DNA of 64,000 nucleotides from Chlamydiales bacterium (GTDB lineage Bacteria; Chlamydiota; Chlamydiia; Chlamydiales; VFKH01): NCBI GenBank assembly GCA_031292375.1, contig JARLHF010000004.1, positions 479 to 64,478 of the forward strand, read 5' to 3'. Shown piece by piece: positions 57,267 to 64,000 of this stretch (position 1 is its first letter; each line of letters starts with the position of its first letter). The notes under the pieces were generated by a model. It saw only the letters and a program-made list of their open reading frames with translations, ran no database searches and was not told where the DNA came from. The position numbers and the translations under genes were made by a program.

Positions 57267-57859
57267 TGACCAAATCTTTGCTCTGTAGATGCTCATGGGC
57301 AGACCCTAACGATAAGTTGTATCTAGCTTATCATGATACAGAATGGGGTGTTGCTGTGCATGATGACAGAAAACACTTTGAGTTTCTTATACTAGAGGGC
57401 GCCCAAGCAGGTCTTAGCTGGCAAACTATTTTAAAAAGAAGAGAGGGCTACAGAAATGCTTTTGCAGATTTTGATCCTGTAAAAGTTGCAACTTTTACTG
57501 AAAAAGATGTAGAGAACTTGCTTCAAAATCCTGGCATCATCAGAAATAGGCTTAAAATTAGATCTGTCCTATCCAATGCAAAACATTTTCTTGCTATTCA
57601 AAAAGAATTTGGATCATTTGATGCTTACTTGTGGCAATTTGTCTCTAATAAAACGATCCACAATCACTGGGAAATACACGTGCAAGTACCTGCAAAGACA
57701 AAAGAAGCAGAAACCTTAAGTAAAGACCTAAAAAAACGCGGATTTACATTTGTAGGCCCCACCATTATGTACGCCTACATGCAAGCAGTTGGCCTTGTCA
57801 ATGACCACCTAACCTCTTGCTTTCGCCATAAGCAAGTTCTAAATCTTCATGCATCCTAA
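57266..57859 (+). CDS. tag: DNA-3-methyladenine glycosylase I
   Basis: RCSWA...YHDTEWGVAVHDDRKHFEFLILEGAQAGLSW. Confidence 0.93.
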   Translation: MTKSLLCRCSWADPNDKLYLAYHDTEWGVAVHDDRKHFEFLILEGAQAGLSWQTILKRREGYRNAFADFDPVKVATFTEKDVENLLQNPGIIRNRLKIRSVLSNAKHFLAIQKEFGSFDAYLWQFVSNKTIHNHWEIHVQVPAKTKEAETLSKDLKKRGFTFVGPTIMYAYMQAVGLVNDHLTSCFRHKQVLNLHAS

Positions 57860-58820
57860 CTCTTATGGCTGCCCGCCTCTTTTTTTGGCTCCCATGGAAG
57901 GCGTTGGCGATAGAGCCTTTAGAAAGGCTATGGCAACTATTGGCGGATTTGATCAAGCTTGTACAGAATTCATACGCGTTCCTTGCAATGCGCATGTTAA
58001 AAGCCTTGCAAAGGTCTATGAACACAATTTAACTACCCCCATTTTGCAAGCAGCTCAATTGATGGGTGATGATCCCGAGCTTATGGCTGCAATGGCCGTA
58101 GAAATAGAATTAAGGCAAGCCCCTCGTATCGACTTAAACTGCGGCTGTCCATCCAATACAGTTACTGGAAAAGGCGCAGGATCCAGTCTTCTAAAGAACC
58201 CAGAACACCTTTATAAAGTAGCACGAGCTATGGTAAAAGCTGTCAGCATCCCTGTTACTGCCAAATTACGCTCTGGATTTCATGACACCTCTTTATTCAA
58301 AGAAAACCTTCTTGCAGCGCAAGAAAGCGGCATTAAGTTTCTAACACTTCATCCTCGCACCAAAGAGGATGGATATAGAGCTCCTGCCAAATGGGAACTT
58401 ATTGCCAAAGCAAAGTCTCTTCTTAAAATACCTGTTGTTGGCAATGGAGACATTTTAAGCGTTAAGTGCGCACTTGACATGCTCAAAATGACTTCCTGTG
58501 ATGCTTTAATGATTGGAAGAGGCGCTGTAATTAATCCCCTTATTTTTCATGAAATTAAATGTTACTTTGCTAAAAGCGACATGACAGCTTCGTTTGATCT
58601 TATTGAAAACTTTATAGGCACGTTTGTTACCAACTTCTCTGAAGACCTTACAGAAAGAGGACGCATGAACAAACTAAAACAGTTATTTGGCTTTCTTTTT
58701 CAAAAGAACAAATCCCTTCAAGAGCAAAGACAAGTAATGCTTACAAATGTCTATTTAAGCGCTAATGACATCCTCCAAAGAAATCTTCCTATTCTGCAAA
58801 AGCTTTTTCAAACCAATTAG
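57849..58820 (+). CDS. dus: tRNA-dihydrouridine synthase
   Basis: LAPMEGVGDRAFR, DLNCGCP, HPRT motifs. Confidence 0.9.
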   Translation: MHPNSYGCPPLFLAPMEGVGDRAFRKAMATIGGFDQACTEFIRVPCNAHVKSLAKVYEHNLTTPILQAAQLMGDDPELMAAMAVEIELRQAPRIDLNCGCPSNTVTGKGAGSSLLKNPEHLYKVARAMVKAVSIPVTAKLRSGFHDTSLFKENLLAAQESGIKFLTLHPRTKEDGYRAPAKWELIAKAKSLLKIPVVGNGDILSVKCALDMLKMTSCDALMIGRGAVINPLIFHEIKCYFAKSDMTASFDLIENFIGTFVTNFSEDLTERGRMNKLKQLFGFLFQKNKSLQEQRQVMLTNVYLSANDILQRNLPILQKLFQTN

Positions 58821-59439
58821 AAGCAAGATCTGCAACAGCTTCAAGTGCGCCCATCTCCTCGAATAGATGAGTTGCACCTGCAACAATTTCTAATTTTTTT
58901 ATAGAAGTAAGCTTTTTAAAAGCTTCTTTATTAAGGTCAATAACTCCATAATCATTGCCACCTACAATTAAAAGCGTAGGAGCCTTTACGTCTGCAAGGT
59001 ACTTAAGCGCTAAATCAGGACGCCCTCCTCTAGAGACAATAGCTATGATTTTATCTTTTTCCTCTGCACCCGCAATCAATGCAGCAGCAGAGCCCGTACT
59101 AGCACCGAAATAGGCTATCTTCAAAGAGCTTACTTCAGGATTATTTCTTATCCAATGTGTAACTGCTATAAGCCTCTTTGCCAAAAATGGAATATCAAAG
59201 CGCAATTCTCTTGTAATATCGTCTATTTTCTCCTCTTCACTTGTAAGTAAATCAAATAAAAGTGTTGCCATCTTATGATGAACAAGAACATTTGCAACAA
59301 ATTGATTGCGAGAACTAAATCTACTACTACCACTACCATGAGCAAAAAGAACAATTCCCTTTGCTTGAGGAGGAACTGTAAGCGTTCCTTGCAAAGTCAC
59401 ACCCTCTTGTTTTATTTCTATCGAAACCTCTTCTTTCAT
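58789..59439 (-). CDS. Dienelactone hydrolase-family alpha/beta hydrolase
   Basis: HGSGSSRFS oxyanion region, nucleophile elbow GASTGS, C-terminal GATHLF. Confidence 0.8.
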   Translation of the reverse strand: MKEEVSIEIKQEGVTLQGTLTVPPQAKGIVLFAHGSGSSRFSSRNQFVANVLVHHKMATLLFDLLTSEEEKIDDITRELRFDIPFLAKRLIAVTHWIRNNPEVSSLKIAYFGASTGSAAALIAGAEEKDKIIAIVSRGGRPDLALKYLADVKAPTLLIVGGNDYGVIDLNKEAFKKLTSIKKLEIVAGATHLFEEMGALEAVADLASNWFEKAFAE

Positions 59440-59514
59440 AAAAACTCCTACTCTCGTTAATTATTTTTAGAACAAACAAAGATTATTTTGCTAGTATAGA
59501 AAATAGGTACAAGA

Positions 59515-59601
59515 TTAGACTTCCTGCATATACACAAACAAGTTCAAGAATTGTTTGTGTATAATTAGCTTTACTTATATAATTATGCAAGAAGTCTATT
59601 A
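59515..59601. mobile_element. Composite repeat: internally deleted MITE-like element (copy E) carrying an inserted 35-bp palindromic element (59529-59563)
   Basis: TTAGACTTCCTGCA-TA-[TACACAAACAAGTTCAAGAATTGTTTGTGTA]-TA-ATTAGCTTTACTTATATAATTATGCAAGAAGTCTATTA. Confidence 0.75.
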
Positions 59602-59616
59602 AAGGGACGAAAGATA

Positions 59617-60270
59617 ATGTTATTTCGCAATCGTATAGACGGGGGTAAACAACTTGCAAGGGCACTTACAACGCATAAAAATGCAAAAGAGACAATTGTC
59701 CTTGGCCTGCCACGAGGGGGCGTTGTAACTGCTTACGAAGTTGCAACCGCCCTAAACCTACCCCTAGATGTTGTTTGCCCTATAAAAATTGGGGCTCCAA
59801 CAAATAAAGAATATGCTATAGGAGCTGTCACAGAGACAGGTGAGGGTATTTTTAATGAAAGCGAAATACGAAGACTCAGCATCTCTAAAAGCTATCTAAA
59901 AAACGCAATTGATCATGCAGTACTGGAAGCCAAGGAGCGCGTAAAGCTCTTTAAGGAAACGATACACCCTCTCAACTATGCCAAAAAAACACTAATTATT
60001 GTCGATGACGGTATGGCAACAGGACTTACTATGAAGGCATCTATCATAGCTCTTCGCAAAATGAGCGCCTCTAAAATCATTGTTGCAGTCCCACTAGCTC
60101 CAAAAGATACACTCGAAGAAATTAAAACTATCGCCGACGAAGTTATCTGTCTACAAAGTCCACCCTCCTTTCACGCGGTAGGACAATTTTATGATTACTT
60201 TGGCCAAACATCTACTGAGGACGTAAGAAAGCTTCTTCAAGCTAGAAATGAGCTGTTACACCCATTGTAA
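59617..60270 (+). CDS. Phosphoribosyltransferase-domain protein
   Basis: PRPP-binding motif LIIVDDGMATGLTM; 217 aa. Confidence 0.85.
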   Translation: MLFRNRIDGGKQLARALTTHKNAKETIVLGLPRGGVVTAYEVATALNLPLDVVCPIKIGAPTNKEYAIGAVTETGEGIFNESEIRRLSISKSYLKNAIDHAVLEAKERVKLFKETIHPLNYAKKTLIIVDDGMATGLTMKASIIALRKMSASKIIVAVPLAPKDTLEEIKTIADEVICLQSPPSFHAVGQFYDYFGQTSTEDVRKLLQARNELLHPL

Positions 60271-61171
60271 ATAGATTATGAAAGTGAGAGATACCAGCCC
60301 CCCCCTGTGTATAAGTCATACCACCATCTTCTCTCATCGTTGCATTGCCAACAGATGGGACAAGCCCTTCAAAAACATATTTGAGGTCAAGATCAATCCA
60401 TTTCCAAAGAGGAATCTTTGCATCCAAACCAACAGACCAAAACTCTACAGCATGAAACCTATCGACAAAGAGAATTTTTCTTAAGACATGATTGTCCTTA
60501 TCTTTTACATAAGCAAGATGCGTGTATTTTCCAAAAATTTTCAAGTCCAACCAATTCATTGTCCAATCAAAATTTAAGCCAATGTAAGGGACAGACAATA
60601 ATTGTTGATAGGCAATAAGTAACTCATTTTGAGGCAATGTTCCTATAGTGTCTCCTTGATCGTAAGAATAGCGCGCACCAAATGACTTCCAATAATATTG
60701 AGAGTATTCATAACCTATTTCCACAGACATTTCCAAACCCTTTGTTTGGTAGAAATAATATCCAATGGCAGCATCTACTAAATAAGCTACGGGAAGTATT
60801 GTCTTTGTTGAAGTAGATATATCTGTCATTACATCAGGCTCATCAAAATTCTCCCAATCTCTATCTACCATTGTAGAATAGCCAGAAGAAACTCTACTCC
60901 ATCCATCAACCCTTACAAAAAATTGATTATCAAATAAACGCTGCTGTAGGTTTGCGCCTAGAACCCATAAGTTACGAACTCTCCAATTTAGCTCGCTTAC
61001 CTTTTGAAGAGGATTAGAAGAGCCCTTACCAGTAAAGACAATCTCATTACTACCCCCATAAACATATCCTGTAAACAGAGAAACTTCTAGTCCCACAGGT
61101 TGCAAACAAAAGCTATCTACCCTTACAACATAGAATAGAACGATTATAAATATAAATAGTTTAGATTTCAT
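60242..61171 (-). CDS. Omptin-family outer-membrane aspartyl protease
   Basis: Collinear with remembered OmpT motifs: MVDRDW (OmpT MVDQDW), VPYIGLNF (MPYIGLTG), KDKDNH (DNDEH), GGAGISHFHNLFTMGVTAHF (NGAGIENYNFITTAGLKYTF). Signal peptide present. Confidence 0.8.
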   Translation of the reverse strand: MKSKLFIFIIVLFYVVRVDSFCLQPVGLEVSLFTGYVYGGSNEIVFTGKGSSNPLQKVSELNWRVRNLWVLGANLQQRLFDNQFFVRVDGWSRVSSGYSTMVDRDWENFDEPDVMTDISTSTKTILPVAYLVDAAIGYYFYQTKGLEMSVEIGYEYSQYYWKSFGARYSYDQGDTIGTLPQNELLIAYQQLLSVPYIGLNFDWTMNWLDLKIFGKYTHLAYVKDKDNHVLRKILFVDRFHAVEFWSVGLDAKIPLWKWIDLDLKYVFEGLVPSVGNATMREDGGMTYTQGGAGISHFHNLFTMGVTAHF

Positions 61172-61929
61172 GATATTTTACGGTTAATGTTTGTAATAGA
61201 CGCCTGGGCCTGTGGATAAACAATGATTTCTGCTATATTTACATGCTCTGGCCTAGTTGCACAATAAAGTACAGCATCTGCAATATCGTCTGCTACCAGT
61301 GGCTTAAAGCCCTCATAACATTTTTTTGCGCTTTTCTTATCTTGCAAGCGCACTTCACTAAACTCTGTTTCAACAGCTCCAGGATCTACTTCACTCACGC
61401 GTATCGCAGTTTCAAGTAAATCAAGCCTTAATGATTTACTAATCGCCCTTACAGCGTGCTTACATGCGCAATACACATTTCCTGAAATATAGCATTCATG
61501 TCCTGCAATAGAGCCTATATTAATAATATGCCCACAATTTCTTTTAACCATGCCAGGCAAAAATGCTCTTGTTACATAGAGAAGCCCTTTAATATTAGTA
61601 TCTATCATCGTCTCCCAGTTACTTAACTGAGCGCATTGCATCTTATCCATAGATAGAGCAAGACCTGCATTATTTACCAAAATATCGACAGAAATATTCT
61701 TTTCTTGCAAGAGATTAAAAGCAGCTTCCACTTGAGCATGATCTTGAACATCCAGCTGAATGGGAGTTACTTGCACTCCATGTTTAGTTAATTCTTCTGC
61801 CAAAATAACTAAACGATCCATTCTTCTTGCAGCAATCACCAAATTGACTCCCAGTAGTGCAAAACGCTCTGCACAAGCTTTTCCAATACCACTTGATGCA
61901 CCCGAAATAAATGCTGTTTTTCCCTTCAT
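61168..61929 (-). CDS. Short-chain dehydrogenase/reductase (YdfG-like NADP-dependent)
   Basis: TGASSGIG cofactor motif, NNAG, catalytic YCACK. Confidence 0.9.
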   Translation of the reverse strand: MKGKTAFISGASSGIGKACAERFALLGVNLVIAARRMDRLVILAEELTKHGVQVTPIQLDVQDHAQVEAAFNLLQEKNISVDILVNNAGLALSMDKMQCAQLSNWETMIDTNIKGLLYVTRAFLPGMVKRNCGHIINIGSIAGHECYISGNVYCACKHAVRAISKSLRLDLLETAIRVSEVDPGAVETEFSEVRLQDKKSAKKCYEGFKPLVADDIADAVLYCATRPEHVNIAEIIVYPQAQASITNINRKIS

Positions 61930-62097
61930 AACAACTCCAATATCACCAACAATTAATCCAGTTCAGGGTTTTAACAGAACTATTTTATTTACTAAAGGTC
62001 TTTTTGAAGCGGAGGCTTTAACAAGAGATAATCTAATCTTGCCATTAAAGATTAAAATCATTAAAGTAGTTGTATATCACAACCATTTAGACATACT

Positions 62098-62556
62098 ATG
62101 ACAAATCTTTCAAATAAAGAAATAGACTTACTAAGGCATAATGCAAGAAATGTTGTACGAGAATTAGGCCTTCTTAATGACGCCTATTTTAACATAGGCG
62201 TAACATTAGCAGAGCGGCATCTCTTAATTGAACTAAATTCCTGTACGAGCCCTACAATGGGTGAAATTGCCAAACGTTTATTGCTAGACAAGTCGACAGC
62301 TAGTAGACTCATTGCCAAAGCCATCAAAAAAGGATACATCACATGCTCATCAGACGAAAAAGACAAAAGAAAACGTTATCTTCAGTTTACAGATAGAGGT
62401 AAAAGTGTTCTCAACGCTTTTGAGCCCATCGCATTTAATCAAACAAAAGAGGCCCTTCAAACTTTAACTAAAGAAGAGGTTAAAATCGTCTACCAAGGAA
62501 TTGAACTCTATGCAAGGGGACTTAGAAACGCACGACTACAAAAACAAAAAGAGTAA
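62098..62556 (+). CDS. MarR family transcriptional regulator
   Basis: wHTH core TMGEIAKRLLLDKSTASRLIAKAIKKGYI...DKRKRYLQFTDRG. Confidence 0.88.
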   Translation: MTNLSNKEIDLLRHNARNVVRELGLLNDAYFNIGVTLAERHLLIELNSCTSPTMGEIAKRLLLDKSTASRLIAKAIKKGYITCSSDEKDKRKRYLQFTDRGKSVLNAFEPIAFNQTKEALQTLTKEEVKIVYQGIELYARGLRNARLQKQKE

Positions 62557-62561
62557 CTACT

Positions 62562-63104
62562 ATGGAAAGTTTGCAAGAAATCTACAAACAATTAAATCAC
62601 CTAGGATGTACTTTAAAGCCATTTAGCCAAGAAGATGAAAATAAGCTCTATAATATCTTTCAAGATGTAGTCAATTCAGGCTGCCAATTCCCTTATGGGG
62701 GTAGCTCTTTGCAAGAGTTTCATCAACAATTTCTAATTCCACAAGCACATGTCTATGTGTGTCACTCCTCTTTCAATGAAGTAATTGGCGGTTTTTACAT
62801 TCGGCCTAATTTTCCTGGACGATCTAGTCACATTGCTAATGCAGCCTATATGCTGCAAGACACCTATCGAGGCAAAGGAATTGGCTCTCTTCTCATTAAA
62901 GCCTCCTTGCATATTGCTAAAAACCTTGGATTTCAAGCAATGCAATTTAATATGGTGCTAAGTCAAAATATTGTCGCAACCAAACTTTACCAAAAACTTG
63001 GGTTTAGCATTATTGGCACATTACCAGAAGCAGTTCGAAATCCCGACGAAAGCTACCAAAACGGCTATATCATGCACCGTAAATTAGATGATTTATATAC
63101 ATAA
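62562..63104 (+). CDS. GNAT family N-acetyltransferase
   Basis: Motif A YRGKGIGSLLI ... KLYQKLGF. Confidence 0.88.
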   Translation: MESLQEIYKQLNHLGCTLKPFSQEDENKLYNIFQDVVNSGCQFPYGGSSLQEFHQQFLIPQAHVYVCHSSFNEVIGGFYIRPNFPGRSSHIANAAYMLQDTYRGKGIGSLLIKASLHIAKNLGFQAMQFNMVLSQNIVATKLYQKLGFSIIGTLPEAVRNPDESYQNGYIMHRKLDDLYT

Positions 63105-63115
63105 AGAAGGATTCT

Positions 63116-63469
63116 ATGGAAAATAAACAAGTTGTGTCAAAAGAAGAAACGTTTGATAAATTAGAAATCCGCTTAGGACGTGTTATCCATGTTGAAGAAG
63201 AACTTACAGCGCCAAAAAAAGCCTATAAAATAAAAATCGATTTTGGAAAGTTTGGGATCAGAACAAGTGTAGGAAGGTTTACCCAACATAAGCCAGAAGA
63301 TATTCAAGGCAAACTTGTCATGGGCATTTTAAACTTTCCTCCAAAACAAGTTGGCAATACTGTTTCGGATGCCTTAATCCTAGGAGTACAATTCCCCAAA
63401 GCTGAAAGTGGAGAAGCTACATTCATCACGCCCGCAGTAGATGCAAAAATCGGTAGCAAGCTATTCTAG
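63116..63469 (+). CDS. csaA: tRNA-binding domain protein (CsaA-like)
   Basis: LEIRLGRVIHVEE...KAYKIKIDFG...NFPPKQVGNTVSDALILG parallels CsaA. Confidence 0.85.
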   Translation: MENKQVVSKEETFDKLEIRLGRVIHVEEELTAPKKAYKIKIDFGKFGIRTSVGRFTQHKPEDIQGKLVMGILNFPPKQVGNTVSDALILGVQFPKAESGEATFITPAVDAKIGSKLF

Positions 63470-63486
63470 AACATATATCTCTTTGA

Positions 63487-63921
63487 TTACGCTGCTACTG
63501 GATCTGTTCCTACTCCCACTGTGGTAGTCAAATGCCCAGGTATAGACTTAGGATAATTCATCAGAGCTCCCACGCACCCCAAAAAAACATTCATACAAAT
63601 CCCTATAACTCTAGAACAAAGATTACTGTTTCCTGTAACAGAAAATGCCCACATAAGTATGCCTCCAATAGCACTTCCTATCACAGCTCCTGTTAAAACT
63701 AAGGCTACTGCGCCCCATACTTTATGAGCCCTAGACAGGGCATTATAATCATCCTTATCCATGTACAAGCCAAAGCGGGTATTTTCTACAGATAAAGGAA
63801 AAATAATCCTTCCTAACCATGAGCCAATTGGCTCAGCTATCATAAGTGTTGTAACCATCGAGCCAAAACCACCCGAAGCTCTAACAATTATATGAGCTAT
63901 TGCTTTTGAATCTATCGCCAT
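63487..63921 (-). CDS. Hypothetical membrane protein
   Basis: 144 aa with 3-4 hydrophobic segments and no recognisable family. Confidence 0.55.
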   Translation of the reverse strand: MAIDSKAIAHIIVRASGGFGSMVTTLMIAEPIGSWLGRIIFPLSVENTRFGLYMDKDDYNALSRAHKVWGAVALVLTGAVIGSAIGGILMWAFSVTGNSNLCSRVIGICMNVFLGCVGALMNYPKSIPGHLTTTVGVGTDPVAA

Positions 63922-64000
63922 AATAAAATCCTAAAAATATATATACGAGACAACATGGTAACAAAATTTAAAAAAAATGTCTATGCTAATTTTTACACTA

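Overview
This is a dense, AT-rich bacterial chromosomal window. It holds about 70 credible protein genes on both strands and 6 tRNAs. I found no rRNA, CRISPR array, transposase, integrase or phage genes. Several features point to an environmental Chlamydiae (Parachlamydiaceae-like) genome: an aroA-aroC-aroB-aroD/E-fusion operon, a tri-domain Aas (acyltransferase/ACP/acyl-ACP synthetase), an NtrC-type sigma-54 activator, a long-form HPF, an Inc-like protein with bilobed hydrophobic domains, and many lineage-specific exported ORFs. That taxonomic call is inference from sequence reading, not a database hit. Most of the window is housekeeping or transport: fumC, cysS, surE, ubiA/ubiX, ttcA, recO, tag, dus, the shikimate operon, an EmrAB-OMF efflux operon, brnQ, bioY and an AGCS symporter. 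Five things stand out. (1) A three-gene operon (26770-30577) encodes two paralogous ~500-aa hydrophilic proteins. Their C-terminal ~40 residues align without gaps to the C-terminal polymerisation helix of type III secretion needle subunits (YscF-like), so they are candidates for an undescribed chlamydial T3SS tip or filament component. (2) Two families of dispersed palindromic elements were found. One is a 168-bp MITE-like element with 5 copies. The other is a 35-bp hairpin element with about 7 full or half copies. One locus shows the small element inserted into the large one with a TA duplication. (3) The sigma-54 activator is an orphan whose receiver domain has Gly in place of the phospho-acceptor Asp. 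(4) A HEPN-containing two-gene module lies beside tRNA genes and is preceded by a near-consensus sigma-54 -24/-12 motif. (5) An omptin-family outer-membrane protease retains its catalytic residues. Function calls rest on motif recognition by eye. All homology statements need a BLAST/HHpred check.
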